NCBI RefSeq assembly: GCF_009914755.1
Contig: NC_060940.1
Direction: 5' to 3' (one strand)
DNA length: 64,000 bases
Origin: the human T2T-CHM13v2.0 reference genome, Homo sapiens
In this document: positions 1 through 13,870 of the stretch, one piece after another
Layout: each line of letters begins with the position of its first letter
Numbering within the stretch: the first letter of the stretch is position 1
Notes under the pieces: model-generated
Seen by the model: the letters and a program-made list of their open reading frames with translations, nothing else
What the model was told of the DNA's origin: nothing
Database searches by the model: none
Position numbers and translations under genes: made by a program

Positions 1-209
1 GTCATATTTAAATCTCACTTCTGACACATCCAAATCTGGGGAGAGAGTATGGAGTATTTTAAAGCCACATTTTGCATTAGATCTGGATCCACGTCCTAGC
101 TTTACCATTTATTCATTGTGTGACCTTGGGCAAATCACTTAATTTTGCTAAGCCCAATTTCCTCATCTGTAAGGTGGAGAAAGTAACAATATCTACCCGA
201 AGGGGTTTA

Positions 210-1448
<1,239 letters not shown>

Positions 1449-3430
1449 TCACAAAGTTATGAGAAGACTATTGAGAAACTGCATATAAACATCTGTTAAA
1501 TAGAAGGGGCTCGTTAAATGTTAGTTTCCTTTGTTCTAGAAGCTCCTTAAACAGAGAGACCATCTCTCATTAATTTCTATCATAAGTCGGTTACAAACTC
1601 TACCAAGGGCTGGGAAGAGTAAGATACCTTCTGGCCCTCAAGAAGGTTACAGCCTAAGAGGAGCGATAACTGTAATACAGCATGGGAAATGCAATGACAA
1701 AGATGCACCAAAGACACATCTAATTGGAGTGGGGGCAGTGGGTATCAGGGAAGCTTCCTGGAGGAGGGGACATCTGAGGTAAGCCATGAAGAAATGAGTA
1801 GAACTTAGCAGGCAAAGAAAGGGGAGAAGAGCACCCTTGGCAGGTGCACAGCCTGAATATGAAGGGGAAAGGACTACAACTAGTTCAGCAGGACCACAGC
1901 GCAAAGCACCCGGTGAGGAATGGTGGCAAAGGTGACCAGAGAGGCTATGCGCAGGCCAAAGAGCCTGAACTTCATCCTGTGGACAGCAGCGAGCCACTGA
2001 ACGCTGCGAAAGTAACATGGATTACAGTCAGTCTTGCCCAAGAGGTAGAGTTCTCTGGCATTGAAGCTGATCTTACAGGGACAAAGCTACAAAGCAAAGA
2101 AACAGCACCCGGCATAGTGCCTGGCACACAAGAGGGACTCCCCCAAACTAAGTTCAGCCCGAGTTCCTCAGGACAGCCTGCTATTGAGGAGAGAGCCACT
2201 GGTCACACAGATCCAGATTATTTGAGGGGGACAATTCACTCAACTGCACTAATTGTTTCTTCATCTATAAACCGAGTCCTTGTGCCTAGAAAGCACCAGG
2301 GTCAAACCTCAGTTGCTTTCCCATGTAAGACCCTGAATGTTGGTACCCAATCAAAGGCTTTCTGATTTTGGTTGGCTCATGAACCCTGCCTGGAAAACTC
2401 TCCCACAGGGCTTCCCCCGATCCCTGCACACATAGCCAAGACTAAATCAATCCTACTTACTCTCCACGATTCAGAGCAGGTTCAGCTGACTCCCTGCTCT
2501 AGGTGCCTCAGGAAACCCTCTGGAGATCTCTAGGCTAAACCCGAGGTCTTCTATTGAAACCAACTGTTTAAGTACTTTTCTTTCTCTCCAGATGATTGGC
2601 TCCTTGAAAGGACTATTTTATCCTTAGCACCTGGGGCCTGACACCTGGGGGCCCAGGAGATGCTGTAGGCTGACTGGCCCAGCAGGTCAAAGGGGCACAG
2701 GAACAACGGGCAGGATCCAGAGAGGGGGAAGGAAGAAGTCAGAGGCAATCACCCCCTACCTCGGGAGTGACTCAGGCCCCGGAGAGAACTAGGAAAGAGT
2801 CAGCCCGGCTGGGGAGATGAGGAAATGGGGAAGAGGCCTCTCCCACCCTTTACTTCAGTGCAGATACAAGACTGCCCTGTTTCACAGCGGGATCCTGACT
2901 GCACAGTCTCCCTTCCATCAGCCAGACTTCCCCACCTCTCTACTCCATCCCTGGGACCTAGGGCTATGGGGGAAGGGAGATGCCTGCACCCCTCCCAGGC
3001 TATCCACCCTAAGGGACCAAGGGTCTCTACCAGAACCCTCGCCCAACCAACCCTCCAGAATATCCGGCCTGTAGCTGGAGTTCCCCATCAAAGAGCAGGG
3101 ATGACCTCAGGTATCATCTCATTCAATCCACTTTATAGAGGAAAAAACTGAGGCACGGAAATGGGGAAGCCACTAGCTCAAGGGCACACAACCCATCAAA
3201 GGCAAGGCTTAAACCCAGACCTCTTGACCCCTGGTCTGAAACTCCACTAACATGCCAATGTCACAGGCACCTCAGGATGCTCAAGACACGGCAGCTCGCG
3301 CTGATCACCCCGTGGATCCTCAGAGGAGGCTGGGCTGCCAGAGTCTGGGCAAAGTGTATCGTTTTCGTTTCGCCCTCCCCCAACCTTTGCTTCCCCGAGG
3401 CGGTCCCGCTGGGTGCCCACTGGTACTCAC

Positions 3431-4386
3431 AGGCTGCCCGAGTACTGGCTGCCCCCAAGGAAGCCATACTTGTCCGTCTTGCGCAGGGCCAGCCCGTTTA
3501 TCTCTGAATCTGAGCCCATGGAGCTCACATCATCCGCCAAGGACTCCAAGGTCCCAGACATGAGGCTCACGGAGTCCAAGTAACTCAGCGTGTCCGGGGC
3601 CTGCCCTCGAGGCCCAGAGATGCCAGGTCCCAGGCTGGACGTGGAGCCCAGGTCTTGAGAGTTTTCAGCAGGCTCCGGAGCTGGGGTCACGGTCACGACA
3701 GCTACCGGAGCCTCACAAGTCCCAGAGGGGCCTGTGCCAGGGCCTGAGGGGTCCTCAGGAGCCTGTCCTGCTGATGCTGATGTTGCTGCGGCAGCTCCAT
3801 GCCCACCTGTCACTTGTCCTGATGCACTCCGTGCAGTCACTCCTGAGGCCACTGTGGTTCCCGGCTTGGGGGCAAGCGGGGGTTTGGCGGTCAGGGCACC
3901 AGGAGCCGTTCTGGAAGGGGTCCTGGTAGGGGTCCCGGTGGGGGTCCCTGGTCCTGGGGCGGGTGAGGGTCGAGCCTCCTCTGTCTTCGGCGAGTCTGCC
4001 CCTGCGGCCAGAGCCCTCGATGTCTCAACTCCAGCCACTGCCGCGGGCTCTGGGGATTCCGGGCCGGAGGGGAGCTGCGGCTTTGGGGCTTCGGGCGAGG
4101 CCTCCAGGGTCAGCACCACCACCGTGCTGCCCGTGACAGCCGGGGCTGGGGCCGGGGCTGGGGCCGGGGCCGGAGCAGAGGTCTGGGCCGACCCCGGGAC
4201 CCAGGCGGGCCGCGCCTCCCCGGGGGCCACCAGGGTGACGGGGGCCGAAGTGGCCGTAGTCACTGGAGGTCCCGGAGCCACCACCACGACGGGCCCGGCC
4301 CGGGAACCCCGGGGCGGCGGCGAGGGGGCCGCGGGGGCGCCATGACGGCGCGGCGGGGCCACCAGGGGCGCCGTGCCCGTCTCCAT
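3431..4386 (-). CDS. TBC1D10B: TBC1 domain family member 10B (Rab GAP), coding exon 1; remaining exons lie left of the window
   Basis: ATG at 4384-4386 in strong Kozak context (GCCATGG) begins METGTAPLVAPPRRHG...; Pro/Ala/Thr-rich N-terminus ends ...RKTDKYGFLGGSQYSGS, a TBC1D10-family motif; donor CT|GTGAGT at 3431/3430. Confidence 0.95.
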
Positions 4387-5520
4387 GGCCGCGGGCCGCC
4401 CCTCACATCCCCCCGCCGGGGAGGCCGCAGAAGGCGCCGCCCCTCGGGCCTCCCGGCGAGGCCAGCCGAGAAAGGGGAGAGGGCGAAGGGCGCGGCTCGG
4501 CGCGCGCCGGGGGCGGAGCGGCCGCTGGGCGCGCAGAGGCGGGGCAGGGGTCGGGGGGCGCCGCGCGCCGGGGTCTCTCTCGAGCCCTCTCACCCCCTCG
4601 CGCGCTCTCGCCACCGCCCCCTCCCTCCTGCTTGGGGGCGAGCCGCCGACCTCGCGCCTGCGCACACGCCGCAGAGCCGGCTCCGCGCCAGCGTCTCGGC
4701 GTTCCACGCCTGCGCGCGGACTGGCTCATCGCGCTCCTTTTTTCTCCCGCCTAGTCAGAGGATTTGGACGAATAGTGGGAGAGAGAGAACTGGGCTTCTG
4801 CCAATCGTTGGAATCGTGGGCGGGGCTGGAGGCGAAAAAGGGGTGGGTCATCTGGAAAGAGGAAACGGAGAAAGCTAGGGCTGTAAGACCAATCAGAGGA
4901 CGAGGAAAGGCAGGGGGCGATGGGACGAAAGAAATAACCAATAGAAACGCAGGGGTCTGAACCTCCTGGCCAATGAATATGACTGAAGGGTGAATGACCG
5001 CGGAAGGGCGGAGGAGGAGGCAGGGCTGTGCGAGTAAGAGGTGGGGCCTGGAGGCTTCTTAACCAATAGGAATGGTAAAAAGGGAGCCAATGAAAAGGGG
5101 AGCAGGTGGAGGTCAAATTGACAGGCAGTGATGTCTATTTAGGCGGTGACAGACAGCATCCGCAGTCAATAGGAAGAGCTGAAGAATTCTTTAGGTCTCC
5201 CAAAATGGTCAGTAAGGAATGACAGCTGGGAGGAGGCGGGGCAAGCTAGAGATTAATTCGCCCCGTCAGCCAATGATCGTGTTCTCCCACTTTGGCCACA
5301 GGACAGGAAAATAGATAGCTGTCTCAGCCAATGGGAGCATCCAAAGGGCAAAGATGCTGCCAGCAGGCGGTGCCAGCCCAGGGATAGTCGGTGACAACCG
5401 GAGACAAGCCTTATGGGAGGGTGACAGCTGGGGACAGCACGGAGAAGGGGCGGGGGCATTAGTGCAGCCCTCAACCAATGAGTGCCGCGCTGCCCCCTCT
5501 CGAGTCCTTTCCGGTCCCCT
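4100..5520. promoter_or_regulatory. CpG island and promoter of TBC1D10B
   Basis: Very high CpG density at 4100-4750; NRF1-like GCGCCTGCGCA at 4654-4664; GC boxes; nine CCAAT boxes between 4801 and 5479. Confidence 0.85.
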
Positions 5521-6409
5521 ATTCTTCGTTCAGCTCCTGAGCCCCACACTCTGGTGGTCTGTGGGACCCTGAGCCCCACCACAGATCCAGTGCCCTGACC
5601 CAGTACTCTCATCCTTTACTCTATAATTCTCCGATCCCGGCCCCCAACTAACCCCAACACTCCAGGCCCAGGTGGCAATAGCCAGAGCCCCCAGATCCTA
5701 TAAGCAACCCATATCTCTGCTTCACCCATTTCCTGCGGGAATCCCAACCTCCAAGTCCCTCTCCTCAGTTCCCATCTATCTGAGCTCCTCCCCAGAACCC
5801 AGGCTCCAGTTCCTCAGACCTTATCCCTCTGAGTACCCCCTCCATTTCTTCTAGTGGGGATCTCAAACCCCAAATCCATGAATCCCTAATACCATGAACT
5901 CCCCATATGTGTGTTACTATTCTTTTGGGGATCCAAGGCCCCAGTCCCGTCAACCCCTCTCCCCTCACTGCCACATCCCTCTGTGCTCCTCATGTTCCAC
6001 TGAGAATCCCGACCTCAATCTCATGAGCGCTCCAGGTTGTCCTTAGATCACAAGCATAAAGACCTGACGTTATGAGCTCCAACCTTCCAACTTCTAAACG
6101 CCCTCTTCTTTCTCTGACCCCCATATTCTGATTTCCATATAGCATCCACCATCCTGGAATTCCAGTGAGACCTAGCTCCCGACTTCTCAGCTCCTCCTTG
6201 GTTTCTGAGTCCTCTAAGGTCCCTCACTCCCAACTCAGCCCCATGTCCTGTCAATTCCCACTCAGTGTCTGATCTCCTTCTCCTCACCTTTCCCATCTCC
6301 CGTTTGACCCAAGCTTCCTGAGCTCTCCTCCCATTCCCCTTTTTGGAGTCCTCCTCCTCTCCCAGAACCCAGTAATAAGTGGGCTCCTCCCTGGCCTGGA
6401 CCCCCGTGG

Positions 6410-6530
6410 TAACCCTATAAGGCGAGGCAGCTGCTGTCTGAGGCAGGGAGGGGCTGGTGTGGGAGGCTAAGGGCAGCTGCTAAGTTTAGGGTGGCTCCTT
6501 CTCTCTTCTTAGAGACAACAGGTGGCTGGG
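6410..6530. promoter_or_regulatory. candidate skeletal-muscle enhancer upstream of MYLPF
   Basis: CArG-like CCCTATAAGG 6413-6422; E-boxes CAGCTG at 6428 and 6474 and CAGGTG at 6519; MEF2-like CTAAGTTTAG 6480-6489. Confidence 0.5.
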
Positions 6531-7369
6531 GCCTCAGTGCCCAGAAAAGAAAATGTCTTAGAGGTATCGGCATGGGCCTGGAGGAGGGGGGACAGGGCAG
6601 GGGGAGGCATCTTCCTCAGGACATCGGGTCCTAGAGGGAGCGGGAGGAGAAGGAGATGGTTGTCCTTGCCAACTTGGGGCTTCCTCAGCCACTATTTTTC
6701 CAGACTTCTGCTGCATGGAGGGGACTGGGTCACTGAGGCCCAGAGGGAGAAGAGAGGGTACATCAAAGTCACACAATCAGCCAAGCTGGCTCTTGGCCAG
6801 AATAAAGTGAGCTGCCACTGGCTATCAAGGCACCTCACAGAAAGTGACCAGCTGGCTGTCCTTTTAGGGTCTTTTCCTCCCCTCTTGAGTTCCAGCCTCC
6901 ACACCAGTACCCAGAGAAAATATTCTAGACTCATACTAGATCACATCCTTCTTCTGCATGAAACCTTTCCAAGGTTCCCCAGGGTCTCCGTCCTGTGCCT
7001 GGCAAAGGCCCCTCAGGGGCTGGTCACCAGCCCCATCACAATTCTGGCCACCTGAACACTTCTGATCTTCCGCTCTCCAGGCCTTTGCTCAGGCCATGCC
7101 CTCCGCCCAGCACATCTGCTCCTCCACCTGCACCTGACTCCCTGGCCCTCGTGAAGCCACTCCCATACTCCTAGACAGGGCTGCTGCGCCCTCCACTTCT
7201 GGGCTCCTGACCAGCTCTGGTATGTCAGTTTCTGCATTCATTCCTGTCTCTATTAGTTATAAGGCAAGTTCTGTGGGATGGGAACTACATCTCCCTTTTA
7301 CAGAGGGGAAACCAAGGCCCAGCACAAAACCTGAGACCACAAAGCATCTTGCCTCAAAAAATCCCTCTT

Positions 7370-8645
<1,276 letters not shown>

Positions 8646-8849
8646 AGACGTTTACTGGGTTTAAATCTGAGCCCACCCCACTCAGGGGTACAGGATCTGG
8701 TTCATTTATCTCCCAGAATGATGCCTTGGGTTGCGTCCCCTCTAAACTCTGGCACATTCCAGCCCCTCTTTGGGAGAAAGAACATCTCTTCTTGCCCAGG
8801 CCCTAGTGAGACATGCATCGCAAGACATGCTCCCCCCTTCCTCCCCGCT

Positions 8850-9010
8850 GGGCTCCAGCTGCTGCCAGCCCTCCAAGAAAGGAGAGGCCCTGAGTTGGGC
8901 TATTTTGGTATCTGGGGTGGGCACCCGCAGGGCTAAGGTTACCTTGGTATGTTAAGGGCTCCCTGGGGCAGGACTATATAACCCCAGAGGGACTGCCCCA
9001 TGCTGACTCC
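8850..9010 (+). promoter_or_regulatory. MYLPF muscle promoter
   Basis: TATATAA at 8975-8981; E-box CAGCTG at 8856; MEF2-like GGCTATTTTGG near 8898-8908. Confidence 0.75.
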
Positions 9011-9060
9011 TTGCTTCTTTCCAGCCGGAGCCGCTGCCTTGCCCCCCGGAGACTGAAGAC

Positions 9061-9063
9061 ATG
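9061..9063 (+). CDS. MYLPF: MYLPF exon 1 (coding part is the ATG only)
   Basis: GACATG|GTGAGT; an ATG-only first coding exon is typical of EF-hand/myosin light chain genes. All 7 exons sum to 510 nt = 169 aa + stop. Confidence 0.9.
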
Positions 9064-9386
9064 GTGAGTGAGAATCCTCCAACCCCTGCCCAGATCCCTT
9101 AGACCTCAGGGCAGCCTCACCCTTTGAAAGAAAGTAGCTGGTTCCCAGTCCAACAAAAAGTTAAAAGGATGCTCATCTCTTTCTCGGCATCACTGATGGA
9201 AAACAGACTGTGTGATGGCCTAAAGGATCCAATCAATGATAATCCGCCCAGACATTCAACTCACAGGGGCCCAGTCCCTCTCAAAGCCTGATCCATTCAT
9301 TCCTGTACTCCATCTTCCTAAGGCCCTCTGGCACCAGCCAGGCAATAACTCCCATCCCATTTTACAAATGAGAAAGTAGAGGCTCA

Positions 9387-9702
<316 letters not shown>

Positions 9703-10022
9703 TCAAACAGGGCAAATGAGTGGCTGGGGTCACACAGCAAGTCTGAGGCTCAGAGGAGCTAGGCTCAGGACACTGAGAAGATAAGGAAGCTTCCACCCAT
9801 TGTGGGGGATGGAGAGTTGGAGACCCAGGAGCCACAGACGGGAATTTGGGGAATGCAATCAAAGCAAGCCCCCTCAGCAAAGAGGTCCCAAGGAAGGGGA
9901 GACTCAGGCCAAAGGGCTGCTTTAGGAACAGGGACTCGAAGAATTCTGACTCTTAATCCATTGCCCCCAGAGAGGTGGAGGGACTGGTCCATGGGCCCCT
10001 TTGTTCAACCCTCACCCTCCAG

Positions 10023-10115
10023 GCACCCAAGAGGGCCAAGAGAAGGACAGTAGAGGGCGGAAGCTCCAGCGTCTTCTCCATGTTCGACCAGACTCAGATC
10101 CAGGAGTTCAAAGAG
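10023..10115 (+). CDS. MYLPF: myosin regulatory light chain, fast skeletal (MYL11), exon 2
   Basis: AG|...|GT; encodes [31 protein letters not shown]. Confidence 0.97.
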
Positions 10116-10347
10116 GTGGGTGAGGGGACGGGGAAACTGGAAGGCTGACCAAAAGCAGCCCTGCTGGCCCTCTCCCTGGAATGTGCACCTGCTTGAAGGA
10201 GGGGAAAGGTTTAGAATTCCTTCCTCCCCTCTCTGCTTGGGGTGGAAGAGGACAGTTGGCTGAGAGCCAGCATCTGATCCTCCTGGGGTAGGGATGCTGA
10301 GGCTGGGCCATGGGGGACCTAACCCTCCCCACCACGGCCCTCCCCAG

Positions 10348-10423
10348 GCCTTCACTGTGATCGACCAGAACCGTGATGGTATTATAGACAAGGAGGACCT
10401 TCGGGACACCTTCGCAGCCATGG
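10348..10423 (+). CDS. MYLPF: MYLPF exon 3 (EF-hand 1)
   Basis: Encodes [25 protein letters not shown], a canonical Ca/Mg-binding loop. Confidence 0.97.
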
Positions 10424-10625
10424 GTGAGCCCCCTACCCCCAGGTGGGAATATTCAAGGCTGCAGAGTCTAGGAAATTCAGTGGCCTTGGGTTCCAGCCCT
10501 GTCAGCTCCACCTTGGGCCTCAGTCTACCCAGCTGAAAAATGAATGGGATCAGCTGAATTAGTGGGAAGCGCAGGCCCGGCCCCAGGAGCCTGCTCCAGC
10601 CCATGCTTCCCCCAACCCCCTCCAG

Positions 10626-10730
10626 GCCGCCTCAATGTGAAGAATGAGGAGTTGGATGCCATGATGAAGGAAGCCAGCGGTCCCATCAACTTCACCGTCT
10701 TCCTGACCATGTTCGGGGAGAAGCTCAAGG
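10626..10730 (+). CDS. MYLPF: MYLPF exon 4
   Basis: Encodes [34 protein letters not shown]. Confidence 0.97.
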
Positions 10731-10822
10731 GTGAGTGGAGTGTCCTGGGTCCAAGGCCCCGGCTGCCTTTTCCCAGACCCTTCAGGGACCCATCAGCTTC
10801 ATGTGCCCTCTGACCCCCACAG

Positions 10823-10901
10823 GTGCCGACCCTGAGGATGTGATCACCGGAGCCTTCAAGGTCTTGGACCCTGAGGGAAAGGGCACCATCAAGAAGAAGT
10901 T
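10823..10901 (+). CDS. MYLPF: MYLPF exon 5
   Basis: Encodes [25 protein letters not shown]; donor GTAAGC. Confidence 0.97.
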
Positions 10902-10987
10902 GTAAGCATCGGCTCCCCCACCCTTCCGACCCTTCCCCCACTCCACCAGCTGCTCCCACACTGACAGCCTCCTTAAATTTCTACCAA

Positions 10988-11648
<661 letters not shown>

Positions 11649-11856
11649 TTAAGATTGTGGTAATGGGCGGTAAGATTGCATTTTCACAGCAAATGTGGGC
11701 GGAGAGGGCAAAAGCGAGTGTCTGGGAGGCCAATGAAGGAAGTAGAGTGACCTGGGTTTTCAGGGGAGGCTGGGGCTGGCATCGGGGATGAGGTGCGAGG
11801 GAGTGGAAAGGAACCAGGAACCCAATCGCAACTCCCCTTGTGTCACCTCTCTCCAG

Positions 11857-11905
11857 CCTGGAGGAGCTGCTGACCACGCAGTGTGACCGCTTCTCCCAGG
11901 AGGAG
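11857..11905 (+). CDS. MYLPF: MYLPF exon 6
   Basis: Encodes [16 protein letters not shown]; donor GTGAGT. Confidence 0.96.
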
Positions 11906-11998
11906 GTGAGTGGGGACCGGGGCGGGGCCGGAGCAGCAAAGGGGCTGGGGCCGGGGAGACTAAGGGCCTGTGCGAGACGCCCCTACGTCTTTCCCCAG

Positions 11999-12103
11999 AT
12001 CAAGAACATGTGGGCGGCCTTCCCCCCCGACGTGGGCGGCAACGTCGACTACAAAAACATCTGCTACGTCATCACGCACGGCGACGCCAAGGACCAGGAG
12101 TAG
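11999..12103 (+). CDS. MYLPF: MYLPF exon 7 (last coding exon)
   Basis: Encodes [34 protein letters not shown] followed by TAG. Confidence 0.97.
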   Translation: MKNMWAAFPPDVGGNVDYKNICYVITHGDAKDQE

Positions 12104-12165
12104 GGGCACCCGCGGGCCTCCGCTGCCCGACGCTTCTGTTCGGCCCGACCTCCACCCCGGCTCCC

Positions 12166-12171
12166 AATAAA
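12166..12171 (+). terminator. MYLPF poly(A) signal
   Basis: AATAAA about 60 nt after the stop codon, followed by a T/GT-rich tract. Confidence 0.85.
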
Positions 12172-12357
12172 ATTTAACTGATCTTTGTTTCTTATGGGCG
12201 GCGCCTTCAGAGTGTCTGCGCGAGGGCCTCAGGTGGGAGCGCCCCACAAATGAATGGATGCGGCCTGGAGGCCTGCGGGGGTCGGCCCCACAATCTACGC
12301 CCGCCGCCTTTTTCCGCAAGGAAGGAGAAGGCTCGCGTGGCCGCGGGAAGCTCAGTT

Positions 12358-12363
12358 TTTATT
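12358..12363 (-). terminator. SEPTIN1 poly(A) signal
   Basis: TTTATT on the + strand, about 275 nt past the SEPTIN1 stop codon. Confidence 0.8.
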
Positions 12364-12636
12364 GAAGACAGAGTCTGGGAGAAGAAGGGGGACTCCGGAA
12401 GACAGTGATGCGGTCGGAGATTGTGCAGGCCCCGGGCCGGGAAGTGGGCGGTGTCTGGGTGGGCGGGACCAGCGCCGGGGCGGGGCTACGGACTCAGGCT
12501 GGGAGAACCTCCCCCTAGCCCGCGCGAGGGCGGCACCCGCGGAGGTCCCGGGGGGCGCTGGGCAGTGTGGGGCGCGGGGATTGGACAAGAGGCCGACTGA
12601 AGGCGGAGCCGAGGTAAGGCCGGGCGGGGCGTGGCC

Positions 12637-12723
12637 TCAGAGGGCGTCTGACTGCTCGCCCTGGGCCTGGCTCTGCTGCATTTGGGCCTGCATCTTCTCC
12701 AGCATCTCTTGCATGCGGCGCAG
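12637..12723 (-). CDS. SEPTIN1: septin 1 exon 11 (last coding exon)
   Basis: Encodes LRRMQEMLEKMQAQMQQSQAQGEQSDAL followed by TGA. All 11 exons sum to 1119 nt = 372 aa + stop. Confidence 0.95.
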   Translation of the reverse strand: MRRMQEMLEKMQAQMQQSQAQGEQSDAL

Positions 12724-12812
12724 CTGTGCAGGGCGAGATTGCAGGCGGTGACCTGGCGAAGCCAGAGGGGGACCTGGGGCATCGGTCGGGGGGAAGCGAG
12801 GTGCGTGCTCAC

Positions 12813-12903
12813 CTCTTCGTCTTTCTCGCGGATCAGCTTCTCGGTGTCCGCCAGAGGCAGCATGGGCAGCGGGATCTCTGTGGCGCTCTGGCGGGAAAGC
12901 TTA
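12813..12903 (-). CDS. SEPTIN1: SEPTIN1 exon 10
   Basis: Encodes KLSRQSATEIPLPMLPLADTEKLIREKDEE (coiled coil). Confidence 0.95.
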
Positions 12904-13220
12904 CTGCGGGACAGTGGGAAGGGGACAGGAATCAGGAGCGGGACCTGAGGTTGTGGGTGAGGCCCAGGAGGCAGGGCCTGGGGCGAGGTTGGGGTCTAGG
13001 AGGCGGAGCCAGTTCCTTGAGGTTAGGGCCGGAGGCAAAGCGGGTGGGGAGAGAGGGGGAGAGAGGGAGAGACGGAGAGAGGGAGGGAGGGAGGGAGGGA
13101 GGGAGAGAGAAGTCTGAGTGGTGAAGGCGGAGTCACGGGTGGTGGGGACGAGTCCTCAGGGCGGGGTCATGGGTGAGGCGGGACCTTGGAGGCTCTGATA
13201 CTGTCCGCCCCGGGTCTCAC

Positions 13221-13386
13221 CTGCGGCTGGCTCGATCGCGAGCCCCAGGCCGGGCCAGGCTCTGTAGGCAGCGGGCCCGGTAGCCCTCGTAGAGCAGATC
13301 GTGCGTCACCTCTTTCAGGTCCTGCAGGTGTGTCTGCACCAGCATCCGTCGCAGGTTCAGGAAATCGCAGTGATGTGGGTTCTCCA
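13221..13386 (-). CDS. SEPTIN1: SEPTIN1 exon 9
   Basis: Encodes [36 protein letters not shown]... (septin unique element). Confidence 0.95.
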
Positions 13387-13637
13387 CTGGAGGGGGGGCG
13401 GCGCGGACCAGCGAACGTCAGGGAGTTTCGGGTCCAACCCACCCGTAAGGGTCGGGTCTACAGGAAAGTCCTGCTGCCACTCTAGCGGAGGGTCCGCGGT
13501 CTGCAGCCCAGCGACCCCCCTTTCCTCCTAGGATCCCCTGGGACCAAAGCCCACCCCAACTTCACATGTTGAGTGCGCCTGACCCAGAGGCCCCGGGCTC
13601 CCTGCTGGCCTTAGGACCCCTGCCTGGCCTCACTCAC

Positions 13638-13737
13638 CCTCCACGGTCCCCCAGGAGTAGCGGCGTCCCCTCACCGGCCGGTTCCCGCCATCCCTCACCA
13701 CCTCGCATGATCCCACGACTGCAAAAGGGATGCTTTC
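13638..13737 (-). CDS. SEPTIN1: SEPTIN1 exon 8
   Basis: Encodes [10 protein letters not shown]...[10 protein letters not shown]. Confidence 0.95.
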
Positions 13738-13838
13738 CTGGAGGGCAGGGGGCAGGGGTTCACCATTGGCTCACACGGCAGAAACTTTCTCTTTCCCAGC
13801 TTCAATCTCCACACCCGCCTCCTCTGCTTCCTGCCCCT

Positions 13839-13844
<6 letters not shown>

Positions 13845-13870
<26 letters not shown>

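Larger units (their letters stand above)
11870..13720. promoter_or_regulatory. CpG island over the convergent 3' ends of MYLPF and SEPTIN1
   Basis: Dense CpG, GC boxes and an ETS-like CCGGGAAGTG near 12437. Confidence 0.7.

Noticed and set aside
1844-2365. 173-aa + strand ORF in TBC1D10B intron 1
   Set aside because: Non-ATG start, overlaps L2-like decayed sequence, no recognisable protein.
3734-4960. Long + strand ORFs over TBC1D10B exon 1
   Set aside because: Antisense shadows in GC-rich, stop-poor DNA.
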